Shown here piece by piece: positions 13,586 through 26,280 of a stretch of DNA of 64,000 bases (position 1 is the first letter of the stretch; each line of letters starts with the position of its first letter). Below the pieces are notes generated by a model. The model was given only the letters and a program-made list of their open reading frames with translations. It did no database searches and was not told the origin of the DNA. Position numbers and translations under genes: made by a program. Location of the stretch: positions 40,302,001 to 40,366,000 of the forward strand of contig CM052818.1 of NCBI GenBank assembly GCA_028534125.1, written 5' to 3'. The stretch is from Lama glama (taxonomy: Eukaryota).

Positions 13586-14999
13586 CATTTCTCTTGATGG
13601 TATCTGAAACATCATCTACACCGTTAACGTAGACTTTTTAAAAGCCTATTGTCCCAACAGAAGTGTCACACTTGCTCCCCAATACAACACACTGCTCATA
13701 TTCACCACCATATTTACTTGATAAGTTCATCTATTTCAATGATGCCCCTCAACAGAATTTCATACTTTACCTAATTTTGCTGTTCTGTTTCCTCTTGATG
13801 TTCCTACCTGGTATAGCTCTGACAGCATCTAAACTATGGCAGGCAGTCACACAGCAAGAAAAAAAAAGTTTTGAAATAAGACCAACCAGAGTTTAGATTT
13901 TTGGTTCCATCATTTTCTCAGAAAGTGACTCAGCTCCCATCACACTTGTATCTGCAAAGTGAGATGCCTATTTCCTTCATCACTGAGTTGCTGTAAGGTT
14001 GAAATAAGATAAACACACACAGTAGTCACCTGGCACCTAGCAGTTTCTCGGTTTTTTTTTTTTTTTTTTTTGCTTATAATCCATCTGTGGCCTTACAGAT
14101 CCTTTTTCAGAAATGGATGTATCCTCCATCTCTCCTATGCCAGTTTCACATGGAGAGATCAGGCCTTGAAGTGAATGGGTTAAAGAGTTCCTAGAGAAAG
14201 AGAAACCCACTCATTTCAGAAGTTAATAACCCAGCTTCCATTCTTTCAGAAACATTTATTGAGGCCTGTGATGAAACAGGATGGTTTATGTATCAGAGTA
14301 CAAAGTATAACTGAGCATCGAGGAGCATCTAAATTTGGTAAGAGTTGTCACTAACTCAGTAGTTTCAAAACTCTCTTGCCTGCATAGGTAAAGAGGAATA
14401 CAGTGCTTGGGGAAGTGCCCAACTCTCCCCCTTGAGGCTGTTTTTTAAAGCAGGGTAAAAATTTAATTAAAAATTGACTTTTTCCACAGGAAAACAAGTT
14501 CATGGTTTTTTTTTCTCATCACTATGAAAATGTTTATGCACAAGTACTTCACATGTCCACAAGATCTTTATATATTCAAAGTCAATATGGGAAGCTAAGA
14601 AGGTTCTCACATTAGAATATTACTCAGATTTAATAGTGAATAACTGTTATTAGAATAAGTATCTTCAATGATCCAGTAGCTAAATGTCTAGCAAAATTAG
14701 CAGAATTCTAATCTAATGCTTATCATAAACATAGTAAGTGTTGACCCTGTTTTCAAATACTTTTCTCAATTAAAATGACCTAAGTTCTTTTCTGGATTTT
14801 TTGCATTTTATCTTTCATTATCTCTTGAGTTGTAAATATGGTTGTAATGTCAAATATTTAAAATTTGGTCTGAGAACTATGTGTACGTAAGAAATTGAGG
14901 CAAGAAACATTGAAGGCAGGGCAACAAGGAAGAAGGTTCAATTTGTTTTTAAAAAACTATTGCATAGTGTTATAGGTTAGCAATTCCAAAACCACCCAA

Positions 15000-15590
15000 T
15001 GTTTACACTAAAGCTAAGAAATAAGTATGTTGAGGGAAGCCAGAATAAGGGAGTTATAAATATAGAAAAAGAATAAAATGAACCCTGTAGAGTTGTATTG
15101 CAATTGGAGATACCAATATAAATTTGTGGTATTTAGTACTATAGACAGGTAAGTAGATAAGTAGATATGAAAATAAACATAGACATGTCCATGTGTGTGT
15201 ATCTATTACAAAGCTCCATACACTGGAAGAATCTAGAAGCTATGACATACTAGAAGCAACAAGCCACTTAATGCCTATATGTTGGTTTCTAAATACTACT
15301 GTCCACTGAAACAAAACAGAGCTCTAGAGAAATAGCTGATTCCATGGATGGAAGAGATAAAGTGCAAGATAAGTCTAGAGAATTTTGTTATTCCAGAAAG
15401 TAAGAAAATACTGAGAGAATCATGGAGACATATCAAAGACACGTAGGAAGGGCTCCTACTGGTCAAATCTGGCACAATTTGAGCATCTAAATAAATAATG
15501 ATAGTAATGAATGACACCCATTGAATAAAATAGAAATCTATGAAATATGAAAAATAATAGTCTTATAGAAAAGCATAAATGCATGAGAAG
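15000..15590 (+). mobile_element. Old L1 3' region fragment (L1MC/L1MD-like)
   Basis: 'ggtttctaaatactact...gagaaatagctgattcca...gttattccagaaagtaagaaaatact...ggtcaaatctggcacaatttgagcatc'. Confidence 0.55.
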
Positions 15591-16725
15591 AAAACAAACT
15601 TTATTAAAGTTTCTTAGTTTGATGTTTCTTTTTGTCTTTGTTTTCCTTGCATTTAAAGTCATATCCATAAAAACATTGCTAAGACCAAAATCAGTCAAAT
15701 TACTGTCTATGTTTTTTTCTAGGAATTTTATGGTTTCAGGTCTTACATTTAAGTCTTTAACCCATTTTGAGTTAATTTTTGTGTATGGTGTAAAATAGTG
15801 GTCTAGTTTCATTCTTTCGCATGTGACTGTCCAGTTTTCTCAACAACTTTTATTGAAGAGACTATCCTTTCTCCACTGTATGTTCTTTGCTCCTTTGCCA
15901 TAGATTTATTATCCATATATGTGTGGGTTTATTACTGGGCTCTCAATGCTGTTTCATTGATCTGCATGTCTGGTTTTGTGCCAGTAATACACTGTTGATT
16001 ACTATAGCTTTATGGTATAGTTTGAAATCAGGGAACATGACACATCCAGCTGTGTTCTTCTCTTCTTTTGATTGTTTTGGCTATTCAGGATCATTTGTGG
16101 TCCCATAAAAATTTTAGAATTCTTTGTTCTAGTTCTGTGAAATATGCCATTGTAATTTTGATAGGGACCACACTGAATCTGTAGATTGCTTTGGGTAGTA
16201 TGGCCATTTTAATAATATTAATTCTTCCAATCCATGAATCTGAAATGTCTTTCCATTTATTTGTATCTTCAATTTCTTTCATCTGTGTCTTATAGTTTTC
16301 AAAGTACAAGTATTTCATCTCCTTGGTTAAATTTAATCCTTGGTATTTTATTCAGTTTAATCCAATTGTAAATGGGATTGTTTTCTTCATTTCTCCTTCT
16401 GATAGTTCATTATTACTGTATAAAAACAATACTGGTTTCTGTATATTGATATTGTATCCTATGGCTTTACTGAATTCATTTATTAGTTCTAACAGTTTTT
16501 TGGTGGAGTTTTTAGGATTCTCTCTCTATATAATTGTGCCATCTGCAAATAGTGACAGTTTTGCTTTTTCCTTTCCAATTTGGATGCCTTTTATTTCTTT
16601 TTCTTGCCTAACTGCTGTGGCTAGGACTTGCAATTCTACACTGAATTAAAATGGTAATAAGAGGCATTCTTGTCTTGCTCCTGATCTTAAAGGGAACTCT
16701 TTCAGCTTTTTACTGTTGTGTATCA
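15590..16725 (-). mobile_element. L1 ORF2 fragment (RT and downstream region), degenerate
   Basis: Minus-strand ORFs 'KLDHYFTPYTKINSKWVKDLNVRPETIK' and '[35 protein letters not shown]' are L1 ORF2p signatures; frames are broken by stops. Confidence 0.92.
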
Positions 16726-16744
16726 TCTAGTTAAAGGTTTCTCT

Positions 16745-17052
16745 TTCCAGAGAAAGACGAAGAAAGAAACAGAGAAAAACTACAAAAAAAAAATCTAGAA
16801 AACAATGAACAAAACAGCAACACGTACACACCTGTCAATAATTTATTTAAATGTAAAAGGATGAAATTTGCCAATCAAAATACACAGAGTGGCTAAATTG
16901 ATAGAATAATTTAAAAAAAACCCAAGACTCATCTATATGCTGCTTACAAGTAACTCACTTCAGAAGAAAGAAACACACAGACTGAAAGTAAAGGGATGGA
17001 AAAAGATACTCCATGCAAATGGAAATTAAAATAAAGCTGGAGCAGCTATACT
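16745..17052 (+). mobile_element. L1 fragment (start of ORF2, endonuclease domain) in opposite orientation to its neighbour
   Basis: 'ccaatcaaaatacacagagtggct...tatatgctgcttacaag..actcacttcaga...agactgaaagtaaagggatggaaaaagatactccatgcaaatggaaa' matches the L1 EN N-terminal coding region. Confidence 0.8.
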
Positions 17053-17149
17053 CCAGCACATTATACTTGAGTATAATGGAGTTATAGTATACTCTAGTAT
17101 AATACAATTCTTGCTCTGAATCAGTTTACAGTGTACTAGAAACAATACA

Positions 17150-18200
17150 AACACATGAAGCAACTTGCATTGGTAGGGATTTTTTTATTGGTCACAATGG
17201 TGATCCAAAATGAGAAGTAACCAACTCCAGTTGAGGAATTCAGTTAATCTAGTTCAGAGGGTTCCTATCAGAAGTGATGAGGGTGGGAACTAGGCAATGA
17301 CGGTGATGAGGGTACAGTTTCAAGAGATGCTATGAAGTTGATTCTGAAGAACTTAGTGCCCGAATGAATGACAGGATGGTAGAGCTAGGCTTTGCATGAC
17401 TCTCATGTTCCTGCTCAGGTGACAGGGCTCACCAGGATGAGAGACACAGGACAGGGAAAAGATTCTGGAAGGAGAGGGTAAGTCCAACTTTGTCAAGTTT
17501 TAGGTGTCTGTGGGTCATCAGGCAGCACCGATGCCTATGTTTACTTAGATGAGTTTCCATAGAGCTACTAAGTAGACTAATTAATTGCTGAGAACATTTT
17601 GGCTGAAATCTGGAAAAACTCAAATAGGTACAGTCTCATTCAAGCCCAGGATTAATAGCAATAGTATTAGGAATCTAATTTTACAGTAACAGAAGGTACC
17701 TCTTCAATCTTCATCTCTCTTCTGACACAAGAAGTCTTTCCAATTGGAGACACAATGTCTTATACTCTTTTTTTTTTCTTTTATTAATCCAGGAAACATT
17801 TGCTTCAAATACTGCATGAGGCACTGGAGATGCAGAGATGAATAATTCATAGGCCCTGTCCCCCAAGGTTTTCACAGACTAATGGAAAGGAAAAATACAA
17901 GAGCAAGAAAGTATAAATCAGTGTGCTTAGTGCTTAGGATAGAGGTTGCACAAGGTGGTGTGGAAGGGACTACCATGCAACAGTGGACATATGATGGGCA
18001 GACATGGCTGGTTCTGAAGGATATTAAGGTCAAACCAAAAGATGCTAATGAGTAACAGGATGTGACAGGGAGGCAGATGCAGAGATCTAAAATAAACCCA
18101 GGATTTTACCTGAGCTACTGGGAGGATGGTGCAACTCACAGAAGTAGGAGCACAGGAGTAGAAGTAAGCTTTGTTATTTTACTGGGGAGGAGAAAGTGAC
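17150..18200. mobile_element. L2 (LINE2) fragments
   Basis: 'aaacatttgcttcaaatactgcatgaggcactggagatgcagagatgaataa..aggccctgtccccaag' and other L2 3' motifs; boundaries approximate. Confidence 0.5.
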
Positions 18201-18659
18201 GAGCCAAAGGAACTAATCAGAAAAGTGAGAAAAGGCTGTCAATCTTGCATGGAAGCCCATTTGGCCCATATGCATCCCCCAAAATACAGAATCCAAACTG
18301 GACTCGATTTGGGACTCCACTTTGAGCTGTGCTGCACTGAGGGACATTTATTGCTGACCTACATTTTGCAACAATATTGGGGGGAGAACCACTAGAAACA
18401 AGCTGCTTGCTCCTCAAATAGCAAACACACATATTTTCTCACCACCAACGGGGCTGTTGCCAGGAAATCACACAGACCCCAAATAAAAAACAGGCCAAAG
18501 GAAAACAAAGAGAAAAGACTCCTGGTCTCCTGCTCGTGGGGCACTGAAGTTCAGGGCAAGGCCCTCCCTAGGTGGTCACAGGGTCCAGATAAAATCCTCC
18601 CCAGAGTCCCTGACATTTGTTTTTGCAGGTGAATCGGGAGGCAGGGGACCTGGGACGAG

Positions 18660-18845
18660 GATGGTTGCTGAGTGCCTGCTCTGTGCCAGGCATTGTGCTT
18701 CAGCCTTCACATTTCTTGTTTCCTTTCTCTCTATGAGGTCGGGATTATTATCATTCCTATCTTACAAATGAAGACACAGGCTGTGAGGTTAAGCAACTTG
18801 CAGAGACCCATAGGAAGTGGCAGCACTGAAGCTAAAAGCCGAGCG
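18660..18845. mobile_element. MIR SINE
   Basis: 'tgagtgcctgctctgtgccaggcattgtgct...attcctatcttacaaatgaagacacaggctgtgaggttaagcaacttgc'. Confidence 0.7.
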
Positions 18846-20929
18846 TGCAGACCGTGAACCCACCACTGTTCTCCGCAACAGGCTGTCTGTCCGAGGAGGT
18901 AGACATGCTGCCTGGGAGCTCCTGCTGCCTGGAAGTGAAGCCACCACTGCCACCTCCATGCTGGATGGCACGTTAGGGGCAGTGCGATGAGCATGTATAT
19001 GTGTAGGTGTCTCAATCTTCTTTCTTTTTTGTTTCTTACTTTCTTTTTAAAGCTACCTAATAAAGAATGCCCCTGAGTCTTCACAGCCCCTCTCAGATCA
19101 TGGGCTCTCCGAGCAAGCTGATAAATGCCTCCAGGTCCCAGGCCAGGAGGTATTTTCCGGCTTTGTTCTACTCAAGACTTGGCTCTGCAAAGCGGAAGCA
19201 TCACAGCATCATACAGAACCAGACAGCTTAAAGACAGCCTCTGTGAAACCCAGGACACGTCCTCCTTCACACACCGGAGTTCCAGGTGCAGCCGCTTACG
19301 CGCCTTGAACATGAGGGTACATATTTAAGTCCTACTTAGCGCTCGCTCATCTGGCCGGCGTGCAACAGGAAACTGAATAATCTTTTTTTTTCTTTGGATG
19401 AGGCATAGCAAGCTGATTAATGATGTGAGGGAGAGCGGGCTAAGGAGGGGAGTTCTACAAATGTTTCTTTTAGGAGAGCCATAGCAGGCGTGGGGAAAGA
19501 AAGGTGCATATTGTAAGGGGGTGGCGGGCTGTGTTTGGCTAATTAGGGTTTGGTTAATGCTGGTGAGTGTCGAACATTCCTGCTAATGGCTATTACTAAT
19601 GGGAGAAATGGGATCATTTGTTAACTTTACTTATGAAAGTAAGTGTTGAAGGCAGGATGAAGAAAAAAAAAAGGTGACCATGGACCATTTTGGCTATGCC
19701 AAATGAGAAGTGGAAAAAACTCCTCATGATTTTCTTAAAAAGATCAAGACCCCGATTTCACACCGGCAGCAAACTCCCTTGCCTTTATGAGAAGGTGGTC
19801 ACCAATCTCTACTTAGCCTGCTCGATTTTTAAGCTCTTTGGCCAACTTCCAACTGACCTTTCTCCCTATTCAAACATGCATATTTTTTTTAAATGGAAGT
19901 TGTCTTGGAGGTATGTGTTATTAAGAACTTTCTGTGAACTGTGCTATGTGCTTTTACTTGCATGATTTCATTCAAGTTTTATGACAAAATTGTGAGACGT
20001 ATATAAACATTTAATTCCTATTTTACAGATGAGAAGATTGAAGCTCAGAGCCTTAATGCACACAGCAATTAAGTGACACTTTTATTTTTGAAGGCCTTAT
20101 AGTTTAAAGAGCATCTTTAACTTTACAACTCCCCCGAGGATAACTTCTAAAAAATATTTTCTAAGGTACAAGTGTTTTAAATTCTTTTTTATTCTTCCTC
20201 AATCCATCAAACATATGCATCACACTGTGCCACAGAAAGAGTTCTCTGGCTCCCTAAATCCATGGTGTCTCCTGAGTCATGTGGATAATCAAGATGGACT
20301 GACTGAAGAAAGATGAACTTCAAAAACAACTTATGCTTCACTGGTGCATTCTGAACAGCATACTCTCCTCTCTGGATGAGGTTCCCAGAACTTGTACTTT
20401 GCAGCCTTGACCTATGTAAGCAGAACACTGACAACTGCCATCGGGGCAGAGCCTGGTGTATGTACACTGGCCTCCAGTCAATATTTTGGACAAGGAATTT
20501 CCACATATTAACTTTTGGCAAGAGTACTGCGCTTATGTACCGTCAACTGGGTTGACATGAGAAGCCACCCCTTAATCATGCTCTGAGACTTGCAGAGACA
20601 CAGTCTCATTGGATAGGGCTCATGTTTAGAAACTATGAAGACTTGTCTGATCTAATTACTTAGACTATTCAATTAACTGCATAAGGTTTCAGACTGACCT
20701 ACTGTTAAGCTGGGGATAGAAGAATGGGCCACTGGAGAAGCTCTCTGAAGAGGAGGTATGATTAAACAATCATTGTAAATTTTAGAGGGAGGTAGGATTG
20801 AGTTAGAAACTTGAGTCTACCAATTGCCAATTTTGTGACTTTGGACAAGTTGCTTCGCTCAGTTTGGTCCTTAAAAAGTAGTAAATCGTGTAAAATATGT
20901 AAGGTGTCCTATGATAAAAATCATTAGTT

Positions 20930-21170
20930 CTCATTGTCTGTATTTTTTCATTCATAAAGATTTCAAACTATCCCTATGACAGCAGCATTTCAAAAGGGGA
21001 AAAGCAGTCACTGCAAGCCTTTGAGGGTCTAGGCTCTAGGGATTCACATATTACTTCCCCAGCATTATGTCAGATAAAGCAAGTCACAGGCAGGCCTGGA
21101 TTCCAAGGGGTGGGAAACAGACTCCGCTTGCTGATGAGAATGGCTGCAAAATACTGTATATGACTCAGTC
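20930..21170 (-). mobile_element. Old MLT1-type LTR fragment
   Basis: 'aaagcaagtcacaggcaggcctggattccaaggggtgggaaacagactcc..ttgctgatgagaatggctgcaaa'. Confidence 0.5.
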
Positions 21171-21879
21171 GGCCACAGAACCAGGAACTCTGGGCCAGGC
21201 ACATTACAAGCAATATACATATATTCTTCCAATTTTGTTTAAAAAAAAAAACCTCTCAATCTAGATATCATAATGCCCATTTTATAGAATGAAAAACAAG
21301 ACTCAGAGATGTTAACGGACTTGCCAAGATTAACCAAGAGGCTAGTACCAGGGCTGATCTTTAAATGCAGGTTTATTTGACTCCAAAACTAACATTGGTA
21401 TCTCAGATGTATATTTTGAAAGCCAATCATGACAGATGCCCCTGCTTCTACAGAAAGGACCTAAGAAGGGCATATCACTCTGTCCTCATGTCTGTTTTTA
21501 GGACTATTCCAAATAACACATTGTTGAGTGCATAAATGCCTTATTTAGTTGTCAAGGTGCTCCCAGGTCTGTTTCACACCTGTCTCAATGATCACAGACT
21601 ACCAGAGGGCTGTAGGGATAAGTCTACCACTCCACCAAAAATACCCAAACACATGAATCCAAGGGAACTAAGAACAACCTTAGACACCTCCCCAACTGTT
21701 AATTTTCCCAGCCTATATTCTCAAAAAACAGGAAATGTATTTAAATCAAGTACCCAAAGGAGCCCCAGCTAGCCCGTTTTCCTTGAGGTAGACAATAGTG
21801 GTCAACAATTTGCAAGCCTGGGTTTTACCCATTTAGTTCTCTGTTTTGAAAACTCACTAAGGTAAAGTCAGTTAAACGA

Positions 21880-22530
21880 GTGAAGTCAGCAGAATTCTAA
21901 GATGCCTTCTCCCTACTCACCCCCGCAAAAGACCCGCACCTTTAAATAATACCCTCCACTGTGAATACAGTGGGACATCACTTTCACAAATGAGTATGTT
22001 ATCATATATGGCAAAAGGGCTTTTGTAGCTACAATTAAGTTTTCTCATCCGTTGACCCTGGGTTAATTTAAAAAGAGAGTTTTCCAGTGGGCATAACCTA
22101 ATCATGTGATTTCTTTAAAAACAAAGCATTTCCTCTGTCTGTTAACAGAAGAGAAAGACAGAGACATTCAAAACACAAGAGGAATTCAACACAAGGGGGG
22201 TTCTCCATTAATGAGACAGGGGGCCCTGGGGCAAAGATCTGAGAATGGCCTCTAGGAGCTGAGAGTAAACCTTGGCTAACATCCAGCAACCTGGTCCTAG
22301 CCCTACAGTCACAAGAAACTGAATTCTGCCAACAATATCAATGGGCTTAGAAGCAGATTCTTCCCCAGAGCTTCCAGAAAAGGGCCCCTCCTGGCTCATA
22401 TATTGGTTCCAGCCTTAGGAGACCCCGCGCAGAAACCCACTTAGACTTCTAGCCTGAGGAACTATGAGATAATAGATGGTTTTGAAGTTCCTAATGTGTG
22501 GTGATTTGTTACACAGCAGCCAATTCAAGT
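21880..22530 (+). mobile_element. MaLR LTR (MLT1E-like)
   Basis: 'gcagaattctaagatgcc...gagaatggcctctaggagctgagag...cacaagaaactgaattctgccaacaa...gtgatttgttacacagcag'. Confidence 0.75.
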
Positions 22531-24199
22531 GGCAAATGGAGGCAATAAGAAAATCTCAGTCTTTCTTTTTCCACAACCCATTCTGTTGTCTCAGAAAAGG
22601 TACAACTGTGTTGACTAATATCAGGGCCTAATATGCCCCAAGCTATCCATTTTGTGACATGGAGAATGTCCATTACTAATTGTATTATATTTTCTAAGAT
22701 AGTCTTGATTGGAAATATCATTATACCATGTGTTCTCATTTTCAGTCTGACAGTCTGGTTATGCCATAATAGCATGCCCGGTTGGTAAGGCACTCCTGAT
22801 AGCAACACAATTTTGCTTTTAGCAAAATTCACGTTCATAATTCACTAAAAAAAAGATAATACACACTTATCTATTATTGCTATATACCTTATTATACTAC
22901 CTACCATCCTTACAGCCTGACAGGTAGATGTTACTATTGCAATTTTGAGGGCAACAAAACTGAAATTTGATGAAGTGATGAAACTATATTGACTAACAGA
23001 GGTAGGATTTGGGTGCATGAGATAATACTTATTGACATGACAAACACTAAGCAGGAAGCTGGTTTGCTGGGTTGAAATCAAGAGTTCCAATTTGGATACG
23101 TCAATTTGGAGATTCTATTAATCATCCAACTCTATTTTGAATGTACTAATCATTGTGGAAAGAAAGATTTTTGTATTCAGGAACTTGTACTTTAAAGAAA
23201 GGAGATACTCAAGAAAATAGGATTTATAATAGCAAAAACTTGGAGATCCCCTAAATATTCAATAGTGGGGAAATACTTATGCAAATTGTAGTGTATCCCC
23301 TCTAGAACATTTTGGCATCAATAAATTTATGATTACTCAAATCAAGTAACAGCATGGAAAATATTTATGTTAATATTATTTGGGAAAATCAGGATACTGA
23401 ATTTTGTGTACATATATATATACACATACATATAATATAATTCTAACAATATTTTACAAAGGAGGAAAGGTTAAACTTTAAACAAATGGATAAAAAATTT
23501 CAGAGGAATAAAATTCTAATTATGACTGTCAGGATAGTGAGTTCACAGATGTCTCTTTTTATCTAACTCTCTAATTTTCACAAATTTTCATTACCTCAGA
23601 ACCTATCTGCATATCTATAAAAGCACTTTAAAATATTAATAAATGCTATTGACATTCAGACATACTAGTAACTTGTGTACCTTTAGACTCAGAGAAGAAA
23701 AATCTATGAAGTCAGAAGAGCATTTCTACACACAACATTTCTACAGATCAGGGTGGGGCAAGGTGGCCGTGTGAAGAAAAATATTCTTTGGGGTCTTCCC
23801 ATGGCACTGGTGTCAAGTTGTATTCCTCATAGCAATAGTGATAGTTGTATTACTACTTGTATTACTCTGTTATGAAAAACTCCTGGCTAAACTGGAGTGT
23901 ACTAGTGCCTCCAGAAATTCTGAATAATATCACAATCATTGAAGAAAATAAGAAATAGCAGAAGGATGGCCAAGTGGGAACCACATCCCACAAGTCACTC
24001 TGCAGTATCTGCTAAGACTGCAGACTTTAGGATACGGGAAGAATCACTGTGCTGATATTCGACTGGTTATACATGTAAATGAACAGTACATATTTTTTAT
24101 CTTCTGTTCCTATAACTGGATTGCAGTGTAGATTAAGTTAGTTAAAGACTCTTCTATTTGAACTTTGTAGTATAACTGTAGCAAAATTATAAATAAAAG

Positions 24200-24440
24200 T
24201 AATAGCTAACATTTGTTAACCACTTATGAATGCCAATCACTGTCTTAAATACTTTATAATATTTCAACCATCACAGCTACCATTTGATGTTAATACCATC
24301 ATTATCTCCATTTTATGAATGAGGAAATTGAGATTTAGGACAATTAAACAACTTGCCCGGGACCACAGTGCGATAAGGGAGAGGGGGTCTTAAAGGATTC
24401 AAACCTAGGCCGTCTAACCCAGAGCCTACATATTTAACTA
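24200..24440. mobile_element. MIR SINE
   Basis: 'ccattttatgaatgaggaaattgagatttagg..attaaacaacttgccc..gaccacag...ggattcaaacctaggc'. Confidence 0.7.
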
Positions 24441-25219
24441 GCTAGAAGATCCCTTGGATAACTTTGATTAAAGCTGTCAAAAAATTCTCCTAATATTCAA
24501 ACTAAGTTATCAAATCCCATGAAGAGCTCAGAAACCTGTCTCAGTTTATGGTGGTTTGACCAACTCAGGTTGGCATGACACATGTCTCTTACCTAAAATC
24601 AGAACCATAAATGAAGAATGTTATTGGACCTTATAAACCATAGTCAGGGACTAGATTTTACATATTCTTCTCTGTGTGTGCACAAGAGGGACAGATGTGT
24701 GTTTAAATGTTTAAGGATGGGGCAAACAGCAGGAAAAACAATGCAAGTATCATTCTGACACACTATGTCTAGCCATAGGGAAAGTGCTTTGACTTAATGA
24801 ATGGAAATGGCCTTTATGGAAGGAACACCACATACTAAAGCTAAACTCCAGTCTAAACTTTGTGTCTAGAACAAGATCTCAGCTGTCAACAATAGTCTCC
24901 AAATTTTCAGAAAGTTCTCCAAAATCTGTCAGGATGAACAACAATAAATGATCGGATCCACAAATGAGTTTGCCACTCATTTTGGCAGTACCTGAAAATG
25001 TACAGTCACAAATGGGATTGATATGATGAGTAACACAGTAATGTTAACAGAGATTTAAAAAGAAGGAAGTAGTAATACTGATATTGCTATATATTAAACA
25101 TTTAAATATCATTCAGACATTGATTCCTAAAAACCCAATGGTTATGAGTGGATGTGCTCAAATAAGAAATACTATTTCTTTCTTTTTTTTTTTTTCACAG
25201 TCACAGACTCACAGAGTCA

Positions 25220-25246
25220 GTTACTAAGGAATCACATATGATGTCA
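25220..25246 (+). promoter_or_regulatory. Candidate NT5C1B proximal promoter elements: X-box-like GTTACTAAGGAATC (25220-25233) and variant CRE TGATGTCA (25239-25246)
   Basis: Motifs read directly, about 110-140 bp upstream of the ATG; function inferred from RFX/CREM-driven spermatid promoters. Confidence 0.35.
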
Positions 25247-25357
25247 TAAATTTCACATTCTAAATGTAAACCTAGACTGGGCAACAGAAACAACAGGAAA
25301 TGGAGCTGGGGAGAGGAAAACCTGCATAACAACAAAAGAATTTCAATAGTTAAAGAA

Positions 25358-25390
25358 ATGAGTCAAACATCTCTAAAACAGAAAAAGAAG
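25358..25390 (+). CDS. NT5C1B: NT5C1B coding exon 1 (MSQTSLKQKKK)
   Basis: ATG at 25358, 33 nt, donor AAG|gtcagt; matches the NT5C1B N-terminus as I recall it. Confidence 0.9.
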
Positions 25391-25589
25391 GTCAGTGAAT
25401 TGAACGTCCTAGAATCTTGCCAAAGAGCTCAGAAAATTCAGCTATCAGTCCATCATTTGCCTCTGGGAATGCTCTGCAACAATTAGATAATTTCAGAGGA
25501 CGACCACACATAGCGGAAAAAAAAAGGAGAAGTAAAGGAAATGAAGAGTGGAGAAAAAGGAGTTTAAAGCATGTGGTATAAGTCTGTCT

Positions 25590-26280
25590 AATAAGTCAGC
25601 ATTTACTGAGCAAATGCTCATATGTTAGTGGTAAGAGGTGAAAACACAGTTGCTATCTTTGAAGAATGCACAGCCTAGTAGGAAAGAGAATACATAAACA
25701 AAGTACAATTCAGTGCTCGGAAAAAGTATGTACAAAAGACACAGGCAACACACAGGAATGTTTAACACTGGGAACTTCTCCCAGGTCATGATGAGCTTGG
25801 TTTTGAAGAACACTGGAGGGAAGAGGAGGTTATAAGAAAATAAGGGTGGTATACAGGCAAATACCAATCATTTGGCATAAATAGAACATAAAGTATAAAG
25901 TCGAGGACACAGAGTTAGAGGTCCACGGGATACATCAAGAGACTCCTGGTCGCTCTAACCAAGTGAATGAAGAGTATATCTGGAAATGAAGCATAAGTAG
26001 ACTTACATTCTATAAATTCACTCTAAATACATGGGGTAGATGGATCTATAAGTGGAGAGGATTTGTGGCCATGAAATCTGATCAAAATGCTATATTCTAA
26101 GAACGTAGGCCCATGATGATCTGAGGCTTGGAACAAGGCAATGGTAATAGGAATGGAGAAGAGGGATTAGATTTTAAATATCTTTGAGTTAGAAGTGACA
26201 GGATTTTATGGTGATGGTGTGAGGGGTTGATGAAAAGATTTTAGGATTAATTCTAAGACCACACAGCTATGCCATTTTCT
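25590..26280. mobile_element. L2 fragment in NT5C1B intron 1
   Basis: 'agcatttactgagc...' start and purine-rich L2 body 'ggcaatggtaataggaatggagaagagggattagattttaaata'. Confidence 0.5.

Noticed and set aside
15456..16649. ORFs with reverse-transcriptase-related peptides as an active element or novel RT system
   Set aside because: Fragmented L1 ORF2 relic with stops and frameshifts.
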